64,000 bases of DNA from an uncultured Candidatus Saccharibacteria bacterium. Lineage in GTDB: Bacteria > Patescibacteriota > Minisyncoccia > Phycocordibacterales > UBA5272. This document shows, one piece after another, positions 37,286-46,275 of this stretch. The notes beneath the pieces were generated by a model. The model had not been told where the DNA came from, did no database searches, and saw only the letters and a list, made by a program, of their open reading frames with translations. The stretch is taken from NCBI GenBank assembly GCA_964577675.1, contig CAZNZQ010000001.1, positions 5,875-69,874 of the forward strand, in the 5' to 3' direction. Both the position numbers and the translations under genes were made by a program. Position 1 is the first letter of the stretch; the number at the start of each line of letters is the position of its first letter.

Positions 37286-37978
37286 TTACCGAGCCTTCTT
37301 CCCTATCGTATTTTCCTTCTTCATTCTGTATTCGTCGATTAGTTTATGATTACCAGAGAGAAGCACTTTTGGTACGCGATACTTCTTACCTCCGGTTTCA
37401 TATATCTCAGGCCGTGCATATATCTCATGTGACGCTACTCGCTTCTCTTCAAGAGAAAGTTCATCATGCAGCACCCCTTTTACTTGTCTAGAGATTGCGT
37501 CGATACACACCATAGCAGGAAGCTCACCTCCGGTTAAAACATATTCGCCAATACTCCATTCTTTTGCCCTCAAAATTTTTTTTACCCTTGAGTCAACTCC
37601 TTCATACCGACCACAGACAAAAATAACATCGGTGTAACTCTTCGAAGTCTTCTGCGCAAGAGTATTCGTGAATTTCTCCCCTCCTGCGTTAAAAATAACA
37701 ACAAGCGCCTTAGACACCTTTCTCTTGGCGATAGTTTTTTGTATTTTTGTAACACAGCTAACGATTGGGTCTACCCACATTACCATTCCAGGACCGCCAC
37801 CGTAGGGCTTGCCATCAACCCTCCTATGCTTATCGGTTGTATACTCGCGAAGTGCGTACGTCTTTACCTCTATCAACTTGTTCTCTATGGCCCGAGAAAT
37901 AATAGACTCAGCGAAGTAGCTGACGAACATATCTGGGAAAATGGTAACTATGTGAAACCTAAGAGGTTGCTGTTTCAT
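37286..37978 (-). CDS. trmD: tRNA (guanine37-N1)-methyltransferase
   Basis: RFHIVTIFPDMF...YGGGPGMVM and the SPOUT knot region. Confidence 0.85.
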   Translation of the reverse strand: MKQQPLRFHIVTIFPDMFVSYFAESIISRAIENKLIEVKTYALREYTTDKHRRVDGKPYGGGPGMVMWVDPIVSCVTKIQKTIAKRKVSKALVVIFNAGGEKFTNTLAQKTSKSYTDVIFVCGRYEGVDSRVKKILRAKEWSIGEYVLTGGELPAMVCIDAISRQVKGVLHDELSLEEKRVASHEIYARPEIYETGGKKYRVPKVLLSGNHKLIDEYRMKKENTIGKKAR

Positions 37979-38085
37979 AGCAAAATACTAACACAGCTTT
38001 TCACTCTTAGCCATGAGCCCGTGGCTTTTTACTACAACAAAAGCGCCCCCTGGCGCTTTTGTTACTATTACCTAGTGACGATTAA

Positions 38086-38427
38086 CTATAAACTTTTCAG
38101 ATCATTCATCACTGCATCCACATCCGTCGTATCATAGCGAGAAACTATAGGAGTCGACTCTTCTTGATCACTATATGAAGCACGACCCTCTGGTTCATTA
38201 ATCTTGAGGTTAACGCGGGCGTTATTCTTCATACCAACCACGCGGAGGAGGGTGCGCAAAGCTTTAGCTGTTGCGCCGTCACGTCCTATAACCTTACCCA
38301 TATCAGCTGCGTCTACATCGAGCGTAATAAGTACCCCCATCTCATCAACACGTCTATCTACTTTTACTTTCTCTCCATTATCTACTAAAGCCTTAACTAC
38401 ATATTCAACAAATTCTTGATCTTTCAT
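38086..38427 (-). CDS. KH-domain RNA-binding protein (YlqC/UPF0109-like)
   Basis: GKVIGRDGATAKALRTLL is a KH GXXG loop. It sits between rpsP and trmD, as in the standard operon. Confidence 0.7.
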   Translation of the reverse strand: MKDQEFVEYVVKALVDNGEKVKVDRRVDEMGVLITLDVDAADMGKVIGRDGATAKALRTLLRVVGMKNNARVNLKINEPEGRASYSDQEESTPIVSRYDTTDVDAVMNDLKSL

Positions 38428-38547
38428 ATTCTATTGTATTTATATCTTTAATCGTATCAGTAATTCTCTCATAGTCCCAACCAGTTATTCACAAAAGAAC
38501 AATGATGACTCATTGTTCTTTTGTTTTCGTATCAATAAGGGTTAAGA

Positions 38548-38847
38548 CTATTTAGCCTTGACGTCCTTTGCTACAGGCTTCTTCTTAGGAAGAACATTTC
38601 TCTTCTTTCCTTCAATAACACCTTTGGAAACGAGAAGATTATGAACGGTGTCACTCGTCTGAGCTCCTACAGAAATCCAGTGCTTGATGCGGTCAGCTTT
38701 TGGTGTAAAAACACCAGCCTTTACATTGAAAGTCCCCAAGATTTCAGCGAACTGAGTAGTCTTTGGTTTGAGGGTGCTTTCTGTAACAATCAAGCGAAAA
38801 TGAGGGTCATTCTTGCGTCCCGTGCGTTGTAATCTGATTTTTAGCAT
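38548..38847 (-). CDS. rpsP: 30S ribosomal protein S16
   Basis: MLKIRLQRTGRKNDPHFRLIVTES... matches the S16 N-terminus. Confidence 0.85.
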   Translation of the reverse strand: MLKIRLQRTGRKNDPHFRLIVTESTLKPKTTQFAEILGTFNVKAGVFTPKADRIKHWISVGAQTSDTVHNLLVSKGVIEGKKRNVLPKKKPVAKDVKAK

Positions 38848-38929
38848 GGACTAGATTCTACCACAAACACAGGAAAAAGGAAAGTGCCAACTAACACCAA
38901 AGAGTCCAGGAACCTTCTCCGCATATATC

Positions 38930-39316
38930 TTATGGCCTCTTGCTAGCAGTGAACTCTTCAACGAGATAATTAACCTTATCGACAAGCTGCCTGCCGACGT
39001 AGTCTACTTTTAGTAAGACCGCGGCAGCTCCTTCTTTTATAGCCTTATTAATCATCTCTATGTCAGAAATATTAGAGCAAACGATGACCGGAATACTAAC
39101 ACTCTCTATTTCTTTTATCTTTTGTAAAAACTCAAAACCATTCACCCCAGGCATCATAAGATCAAGGAGGATAACAGTAGGCAACTCTTCTGCGATAGCG
39201 TCAAATCCGTCTTGACCGTTGTCTTTAGTGACGACCACATAACCATCTTTTTCAAAACTGTGCCTATAAATATCTTGGAGGTCCTTGTTGTCTTCAATGA
39301 TTAAAATTTTTTTCAT
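38930..39316 (-). CDS. single-domain response regulator (receiver only)
   Basis: ILIIEDNKDL...VILLDLMMPGVNGFEFL...PVIVCSN. There is no output domain. Confidence 0.75.
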   Translation of the reverse strand: MKKILIIEDNKDLQDIYRHSFEKDGYVVVTKDNGQDGFDAIAEELPTVILLDLMMPGVNGFEFLQKIKEIESVSIPVIVCSNISDIEMINKAIKEGAAAVLLKVDYVGRQLVDKVNYLVEEFTASKRP

Positions 39317-39321
39317 AAGCA

Positions 39322-40902
39322 CTACTTAATGTTAGCTTCTGGTAACTGTATAAAAAACTGAGTCCCTCTTCCTTCTCCTTCAGACTCAGCCCATATCTTT
39401 CCTTTGTGAGCTTCAATAAATTTTTTAGCAAGGTAAAGACCAATACCGGAACCAAGGATATTAACTCTTTTTAGGTCTGCTCGCGAGAACTCTTTGAATA
39501 GATGAGGAATGATATCTTGCTTTATTCCGACACCTGTATCTGAAACTTTTACTATTACTAAGCCTTTTTCATTTCTTACAGAAACGTTAATTGAGCTCTG
39601 AGGGGTGTACTTGAGCGCGTTATCAATAACGTTGGTGAGCACCTCTTTAATCTTTGATTGGTCAGCAAAGACAGCGTGCCTTTCTTTAGTCTCTACCGCT
39701 TTAGTTAAAGTAACACCCTTCTGTTCTGCGTTAATTTGAAACGTACTTAGCACATCATTAACTGTTCTAGCCAAATCAAAGTTGGCTTTAACATATTCTA
39801 TCTGCCCGAGCTCGATCTTGGACTTGTCTAGATACTGAGACAAAAGATTTATAACGTCATTTCCTGAGATAAGAATTTTTTGGAGCAGATCTCTTACCCT
39901 AGGACTAATCTCACCCTTATCTCCATCTAGGAGCATCGTAGCGTACCCACGCATAACAGTAAGAGGGGTTCGTATCTCGTGTGTAGCAAAAGACATAATC
40001 TCTGACTTTTGCTCATTAGCCAGCTCTATCTCAAATGTATTTTTAACAAGCTGAATACCGATGATAAGGGTCAAGAAAAAGACAGCAACGCGGAGTAATA
40101 CCTGTTCAATACTCTCTGCAACAATAAGTTCAATGAGAGAAACGATGCAGAGAAAGAAAGTGAAGAGACCGGCGAAAATATTCTTAACATGGAAGAGCTC
40201 TACGAGATAGATGGCGTAAGCAGTAAATACAATAATCGGGAATATGAAGAGTGCTCCGTACGGAACGAAATCAAAATTTTTGAATCCGATCGGAAGAATG
40301 AAACTAAACAAGAGAAGCAGCCCGGCTGTTAGAGACATACCTGTAAACATGAGCATCACTTGTCTGCGTTCATCTCCTTTGGTCTCATAGACTCTATGGA
40401 GAAGCACCAAAAGTCCAGAAATAAAGAAGCTAAATGTTACTACTGCAGCTAATATAATCCCCTGACTTTGCTCTGGATTAATAACTTCATCTACCGAAAT
40501 GAGACCGCTTACCTGTTTGAAAACAAATGGAATGAGAAGTAGGGACGATGTAAAAAAAGCAAGAGGAAGGAGCACATACCTGTGCCATGCAGGCAAAACC
40601 TTATTCTCATACGGGAATACGAATGCCAACTGGAAGAAAGAGTACGCATGCCAAATGGTGAGGAAGATGTGTAAGCGGAGGGCCAGAAGCGCCAGATCTG
40701 GGTCGGTAAACTTATACAAAAAATAATTAGAAAGTCCCCAAAAGATGGTAACAATAGCAAAGAAAAAGAAACTTCTGCTTGTAATACTGTTAGTGCTACG
40801 AACAAAAACAATGCCGGCCAAAACGAGAATCCCAATGACAGCCACCACCACACCTATTAAGTCAAACTGAATATCAAAAAAAATAGTAGGTAGAAAGTCC
40901 AT
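39322..40902 (-). CDS. sensor histidine kinase with polytopic N-terminal membrane domain
   Basis: About 8 TM helices, then a HisKA H-box (SFATHEIRTPLTVMRGY) and HATPase_c with N, G1 and G2 boxes. Confidence 0.8.
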   Translation of the reverse strand: MDFLPTIFFDIQFDLIGVVVAVIGILVLAGIVFVRSTNSITSRSFFFFAIVTIFWGLSNYFLYKFTDPDLALLALRLHIFLTIWHAYSFFQLAFVFPYENKVLPAWHRYVLLPLAFFTSSLLLIPFVFKQVSGLISVDEVINPEQSQGIILAAVVTFSFFISGLLVLLHRVYETKGDERRQVMLMFTGMSLTAGLLLLFSFILPIGFKNFDFVPYGALFIFPIIVFTAYAIYLVELFHVKNIFAGLFTFFLCIVSLIELIVAESIEQVLLRVAVFFLTLIIGIQLVKNTFEIELANEQKSEIMSFATHEIRTPLTVMRGYATMLLDGDKGEISPRVRDLLQKILISGNDVINLLSQYLDKSKIELGQIEYVKANFDLARTVNDVLSTFQINAEQKGVTLTKAVETKERHAVFADQSKIKEVLTNVIDNALKYTPQSSINVSVRNEKGLVIVKVSDTGVGIKQDIIPHLFKEFSRADLKRVNILGSGIGLYLAKKFIEAHKGKIWAESEGEGRGTQFFIQLPEANIK

Positions 40903-40976
40903 ACATGATAATAACTTATATGTGTACTACCTCAAAGTATATCTGCTTTTCTCCATTTCTTGCTGTGTGTAACCGG

Positions 40977-41360
40977 TTATTTGTGGACGCTGTTTTTTTG
41001 CATCAGGATACCTTCTATTTTCTGGACAAGCTCTTTACCAGAATAATCTACCTTAAGGAGCACCGCGGAAGCTCCTGCGGCAAAAGCTTTATCATATGTT
41101 TCCTTATCTGAAAGATTAGAACACACAACGATTGGAACACTAATGCTCGTATTCTCTTTTACTGCGCGCAAGAAAGCAAAGCCATCCATATTAGGCATCA
41201 TAATATCAAGAAGGATGATATCTGGCTTCTTTTCTACTACCGCAGAGATCCCAGAGAGGCCATCTGCTTCTATCACGACATCAAAGCCAGCAACTTCAAA
41301 ATTGATCTTATAGATCTCTTGAAGGCTTTTGTCATCCTCTATAATCATTATTTTTCTCAT
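40977..41360 (-). CDS. single-domain response regulator (receiver only), paralog
   Basis: IMIIEDDKSL...IILLDIMMPNMDGFAFL...PIVVCSN. Confidence 0.75.
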   Translation of the reverse strand: MRKIMIIEDDKSLQEIYKINFEVAGFDVVIEADGLSGISAVVEKKPDIILLDIMMPNMDGFAFLRAVKENTSISVPIVVCSNLSDKETYDKAFAAGASAVLLKVDYSGKELVQKIEGILMQKNSVHK

Positions 41361-41408
41361 ATTCTTTGCATTATACCACTTCTACCTGGAGTAAAGGAGC
41401 CCGCTCAC

Positions 41409-43052
41409 CTACCTTTTACCGTCTTGGTGAAGTGGTAGGTACACAGAAAAAGTAGAGCCCTTACCCTCTCCCGGTGAGGAAACCTCTATTCTACCCTTAT
41501 GCGCCTCGACTATTGATTGGGCAAGATAGAGTCCAAGACCAGAGCCTCCACCGTTAAGCGCACTTCCGGCTCCACGCCCAAATTTTGTAAACAACTTCTC
41601 TATTGTTTCCTTGCTTATACCTATTCCAGAGTCCGAGACCGAAAACTTCATACTCTCGTCGAGCGCATTCTGAGAAAGTGTCACTCTCACGAATCCTTCT
41701 TTCGTATACTTGATACTATTATCTACTAGGTTAAGAAATACCTGCTTTAGCTTAGTGCTATCTCCTTCTATTGTATAGTCGCGAGTACTATCAATAACAC
41801 TTTCGAACGTAAGCCCTCTATCTTCTGCCGCTATCCTCATATCACTCGAAAGATCTTCGGCTATTTTTTTAATATCCACCAAACCGAACTCATACTTCAT
41901 GCCTCCTTGTTCAATCTTAGTCACATTAAGAAAATCCTCTACCACGTTAGCAAGTCCTTGTGCTGCAGTGTAGATATGTCTCACTATCTCTTTTTGTTTA
42001 GGTTCAAGCTCACCGACAACACCATCAGTCAGGGTAGATGCATATCCTTTTATGACTGTAAGCGGGCTACGGAGTTGGTGAGAGGCAAGTGAGATGAACT
42101 CACTCTTTAACGTATCGAGAGATTGAAGTTTTTTATTAGCAACTTCTAATTCTTGGTTAATGTTTTTAATTCTTTTGTTAAGACTAAGCGTATGCTCTAA
42201 AGAAAGCCTTTCATTCTTACTCATCTTTACAAGATAATATCCTGTTACTAATGCTATCAAAAAAACGATAGCACTTACCAAAAGATTTTTTGTCGAGTCT
42301 GCAAAAAGTATCTGAGAAAAGGTAATAATACAGAGAAGTACCACTCCAGTATTAATAGCAACAAGTTTAATGTTCATCGAGTTAAACTTAATGATAGAGT
42401 ACGTTGTAAAAGAAACGAGAATAATAGTAAAGTATTGCCCAACCCAATTATAATCAAAGATACCTACCCAAGGTAAAAATAAATTAGTCACAAAAGCAAT
42501 ATTGGCTGACATAAGATATCCGATAAATAAATACCAGAGCTTATGATGATGTTTAACAATAAGATAAAAATATCGAGAAAAAGCAAGGATAAACGGCACA
42601 AGAATTATCCCCATATAGAGTAAGTATCCGGGGCCAAACACTATGGAAGGCTCTCCTCCTATAACCTTAGTTGCGGACACAACTATTAAATTACTAAACA
42701 TAGTAAGTAGGGATGTTGCTACAGCAAGTAGAGTAACAAGGCCTACATATAGCTCAGCGCGCTTTATTTTTACAGGATAGTAAAAAGTAAACTGCATATA
42801 CGTAACTCCTATGAAAATTGCAGAAGTATAGAGGGCTCGCAACCAAAACGAAATGTCATCGTTTTGTGATCTAAAAAATATCATTGTCACGATCCACAAA
42901 AGAAGCATAATGATATTAATTGCGTGCACACGAGTTTCTATATTAGCTCCTACGCTCCTTATCATAGGTATAAGAAGTGCTAGATTAAACAGCGTAATAA
43001 TAACTAGGAGCGTATTAATAGTGTCAAAAACAATTGAATTCATCGTTACCAA
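41409..43052 (-). CDS. sensor histidine kinase with polytopic N-terminal membrane domain, paralog
   Basis: Multi-TM N-terminus, a coiled coil, H-box SLASHQLRSPLTVIKGY and HATPase_c. Confidence 0.8.
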   Translation of the reverse strand: MVTMNSIVFDTINTLLVIITLFNLALLIPMIRSVGANIETRVHAINIIMLLLWIVTMIFFRSQNDDISFWLRALYTSAIFIGVTYMQFTFYYPVKIKRAELYVGLVTLLAVATSLLTMFSNLIVVSATKVIGGEPSIVFGPGYLLYMGIILVPFILAFSRYFYLIVKHHHKLWYLFIGYLMSANIAFVTNLFLPWVGIFDYNWVGQYFTIILVSFTTYSIIKFNSMNIKLVAINTGVVLLCIITFSQILFADSTKNLLVSAIVFLIALVTGYYLVKMSKNERLSLEHTLSLNKRIKNINQELEVANKKLQSLDTLKSEFISLASHQLRSPLTVIKGYASTLTDGVVGELEPKQKEIVRHIYTAAQGLANVVEDFLNVTKIEQGGMKYEFGLVDIKKIAEDLSSDMRIAAEDRGLTFESVIDSTRDYTIEGDSTKLKQVFLNLVDNSIKYTKEGFVRVTLSQNALDESMKFSVSDSGIGISKETIEKLFTKFGRGAGSALNGGGSGLGLYLAQSIVEAHKGRIEVSSPGEGKGSTFSVYLPLHQDGKR

Positions 43053-43062
43053 AAAGTATATA

Positions 43063-43090
43063 ACAAAAAGCGCCGGATTTTATCCGGCGC
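43063..43090 (-). terminator. rho-independent terminator for the 43117..44001 gene
   Basis: GCGCCGGAT-aaa-ATCCGGCGC followed by TTTTTGTT on the minus strand, with a second CCCCC-aaaga-GGGGG hairpin adjacent. Confidence 0.7.
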
Positions 43091-43116
43091 CCCCCAAAGA
43101 GGGGGACAAAGAACTT

Positions 43117-44001
43117 TCATGACAATCTTTCAATGACAATCTCGTAAGGCAGACCTGGAATAGCCGCACAGCAAGGTGCTGCATTTCCGTATCCGAATGG
43201 AAAAGCGGGGAATGATTCCCCATTTACTCCAGCTAGGTGATATACTCTCACCACTTTTTCTTTTAGTTCTTCGAGAACTTTTCCGCTTGGTGGCGGATAG
43301 ACCTCGTTTAGAACCACGGTCCTTGCTGTGAATCCTTTCATATGCTTTTTGATCGCGTCAGGAGTTGATATGTCAACCACTATGTGATTTAAAGAGTGGG
43401 CAACAAAAAAATCATGTTTATCTACCCCATACACAGTGACACCATTTTTCCCAAGAAGGCGAACTACCTCCCTCCCCACAAAACCAAGAGAGCCAAGAAT
43501 GGTAACTATATTTTGGGGTCCATGATGCAAGTTTTTTCGTAGTGCAGTAATTGCCCTTACCACATTTTCTGCTGTGGCTTGTTGCTCAACGTTATCTCTA
43601 CGCACCTTAAGACGCGCAAAAACTCCAGGCAAAATACCGGCAAAATGAGTAGTTCCACCCTCTTTACATATCCTCCTTGCTAAACCAAGAACCTCTTCAT
43701 GTAGCTGTTTCAATACCTCCTCGTGTATGCCAGAAAGAAACATCTTGTCATTTGCTGTGATTGCGAGCGAAAGAGTCCGTCTACCGTCTGGGTGTGTTAT
43801 GAATCCAGCAAAACGTGGTTTGAATCGCATGTTTTCTTGCCTGAAACGGAAGAAGTAGTGATCAGCATAACCCTGTTCTCCAGGGTACATGACAAACACT
43901 GCAGAGAATATCTTTCTCTTTTCCAAAAAAGCACGCCCACCCTTACTAAAAAGGATCAGATGCATAGCTTCGAGGAATAATTTTCGAATGAATGCTTTCA
44001 A
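43117..44001 (-). CDS. NAD(P)-binding Rossmann-fold protein of unknown function
   Basis: ILGSLGFVGREVVRLLGKNGVTVYGVD is a GxGxxG dinucleotide-binding motif. The family is not recognised. Confidence 0.35.
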   Translation of the reverse strand: MKAFIRKLFLEAMHLILFSKGGRAFLEKRKIFSAVFVMYPGEQGYADHYFFRFRQENMRFKPRFAGFITHPDGRRTLSLAITANDKMFLSGIHEEVLKQLHEEVLGLARRICKEGGTTHFAGILPGVFARLKVRRDNVEQQATAENVVRAITALRKNLHHGPQNIVTILGSLGFVGREVVRLLGKNGVTVYGVDKHDFFVAHSLNHIVVDISTPDAIKKHMKGFTARTVVLNEVYPPPSGKVLEELKEKVVRVYHLAGVNGESFPAFPFGYGNAAPCCAAIPGLPYEIVIERLS

Positions 44002-44126
44002 AGGAGCCCTCCAAAAAAATTAAAAAGTAATGATGTGCGAACACTAACAATAACCTAAAGGCATACTGTAAGGTTGCTCTAATAAGTATTATACAATAAA
44101 AATATATTTTTGTATAGGCACCCTTT

Positions 44127-46067
44127 CTATCCAACCAAGCTATAGTCAATAATTTTGAGATCAAGGTTCGCTCCTTTTACTTTTATCTTAACAGGTGTTC
44201 CGATTTTCCACTCGATACCGCTACGCTCACCGAACACTCTGTTATTTTTCGCATCGTGAACATAGAAGTCATTTCCGAGATCGCGCAGCTTAATCATTCC
44301 TTCGCACTTACTCTTCTTTTCTTCTACATAGAGTCCCCACTCAGAAATACCAGAGACCATGCCATCAAACTCTTGTCCCACACGATATGACATGTATTCT
44401 ACCTGCTTGTACTTGATACTACCGCGCTCAGCGTCTGACGCTTCCTTTTCCCGACGTGATGCCTGCAGACACAGCTTATCGAACAGACCCCTCTCCTCTT
44501 CTCTCGGATAATCCTTTTCGAGAACTCTCATAAGCAACCTGTGTGTGAGCACGTCTGGGTAACGTCTAATCGGTGACGTGAAGTGAGAGTAGTAATCAAA
44601 AGCAAGACCATAATGTCCGATATTTTTGGTACTATAAATCGCTTTCGCCATTGAGCGAGTGATATGCATCTGCAGGAGCGGCTTTTCTGGTCTATCTCCC
44701 ATCTTTGCAAGGAGAGCATTCAGCTCTGTAGAAGCAATGAGCCCGTCCATAAATCGAACGTTATACCCGAGACTTCTAATATAAAGATCGAGGTCATGCA
44801 TGCGATCAGCATCCGGCTTATCGTGGATACGGTAGACACAGATTGCTTTTCCTTCTCCTACTTTTTCTTCCTGCTTCTTGGTAATAAAATTGCTCACATA
44901 CTTATTAGCTAAGAGCATGTACTCTTCTATAAGCTTATGCGTGTCGCCGCGTTCTTTAGTATAAACATCAATTGGCACACCTTTCTCATCAAGCTTAAAT
45001 TTTACTTCTTCGGTCTCAAGTGAAAGCGCCCCTCCCTCAAACCGTTTCTTTGTGAGTGTCTTTGCAATCTTGTTAAGAATAGTTAACTCTTCGTAAAAGT
45101 CCCCTTTCCCGGTATCGAGCGTAATCTGCGCATCTTCATAGGTGTATCTCCTATGAGAATTAATAACAGACCTTCCATACCATTCACCATATACTTCCCC
45201 TTCGTCATCTAGCTCAAGCACACATGACATCACCAACCGGTCTTGTCCTTGCACGAGAGAACAGAGGTCGTTAGAGAGTACTTCTGGAAGCATTGGGATA
45301 CATCTATCCACAAGATAGACGGATGTCTCGCGCGCGATTGCGTCTTCATCGAGCGCCATCCCTGGGCGGACGTAATATGAGACGTCAGCAATATGAACCC
45401 CAACTTCATAGCGACCATTTTCTAATTTTTTAAAGGAAATAGCATCATCAAAATCTTTCGCATCAATTGGGTCGACGGTAAACGTAGGCACCTGACGGAA
45501 GTCTCTTCGCCCTGCTTTATCTTCTTCCGTGATGCCGCGTGACTTAATGGCATTAGCCTCATCTACTACAGCGTGATTATGTTCGTCAGAAAACCCTCGC
45601 TCAAGAGCATAAGCGAGCATCTCGGCGTTATTATCTCCAGGCATTCCGAGCACCGCTGATATTACGCCGATCGGAGACTTCTTCGGATCTGACCATTCGA
45701 TAAGGGAAGCTATTACCTTCATCCCAGGCTCTGCATCATGAAGATGATTAGCGTCTATCAAGATGTCGGTATACATCTTCTTATCATCCGGCACCAAGAA
45801 ATACATACCGTGATCTTGCTCCAAGACACCTGCGTACCCTTTCTTGCTTCGTTCAATAACTTGAGTTACCTTGCCGTATAATTCTTGCTCTCCTTTCTGA
45901 TTAGTGTGCTTACCAAGAAGTTCTACCTCCACTGTGTCATAGTGAAGCGCAGTATTAAGATGAGAGTGGTCAACAAAAATAGAACCCTCAGCCTCTAGCT
46001 CAGAAACACGTACATAGCCATCTTTTTTAGAGGTAATGGCAATAGAACCTGTATAGAGTCGTTGCAT
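44127..46067 (-). CDS. rnr: ribonuclease R / RNase II-family 3'-5' exoribonuclease
   Basis: N-terminal cold-shock domain, RNB catalytic motifs (DFDDAISF, CIPMLPEVLSNDLCSL) and a C-terminal S1 domain. Confidence 0.8.
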   Translation of the reverse strand: MQRLYTGSIAITSKKDGYVRVSELEAEGSIFVDHSHLNTALHYDTVEVELLGKHTNQKGEQELYGKVTQVIERSKKGYAGVLEQDHGMYFLVPDDKKMYTDILIDANHLHDAEPGMKVIASLIEWSDPKKSPIGVISAVLGMPGDNNAEMLAYALERGFSDEHNHAVVDEANAIKSRGITEEDKAGRRDFRQVPTFTVDPIDAKDFDDAISFKKLENGRYEVGVHIADVSYYVRPGMALDEDAIARETSVYLVDRCIPMLPEVLSNDLCSLVQGQDRLVMSCVLELDDEGEVYGEWYGRSVINSHRRYTYEDAQITLDTGKGDFYEELTILNKIAKTLTKKRFEGGALSLETEEVKFKLDEKGVPIDVYTKERGDTHKLIEEYMLLANKYVSNFITKKQEEKVGEGKAICVYRIHDKPDADRMHDLDLYIRSLGYNVRFMDGLIASTELNALLAKMGDRPEKPLLQMHITRSMAKAIYSTKNIGHYGLAFDYYSHFTSPIRRYPDVLTHRLLMRVLEKDYPREEERGLFDKLCLQASRREKEASDAERGSIKYKQVEYMSYRVGQEFDGMVSGISEWGLYVEEKKSKCEGMIKLRDLGNDFYVHDAKNNRVFGERSGIEWKIGTPVKIKVKGANLDLKIIDYSLVG

Positions 46068-46275
46068 ATAGAGGCTATTCTAGCACAAGACACAGACAGT
46101 AGACAGTAAGTCTACTGGGGTGCAGAGTAGTCAGCCAAGCTTTTAGTGATTTGCCTTTATCTTCCTGCACTTTCCTCATTCTCCCCAAAAGCTCCCAACC
46201 ATTTCCATGCGACAAAAGTCCAGAATAACTAGAAATATACACTCTACAAGCGAAGCGGTCTAGATTCTTCCCCAT

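Noticed and set aside
46075-46275. 66-aa ORF in the smc-rnr intergenic region
   Set aside because: Odd composition, no RBS, and it lies within the likely rnr promoter region. Treated as spurious.
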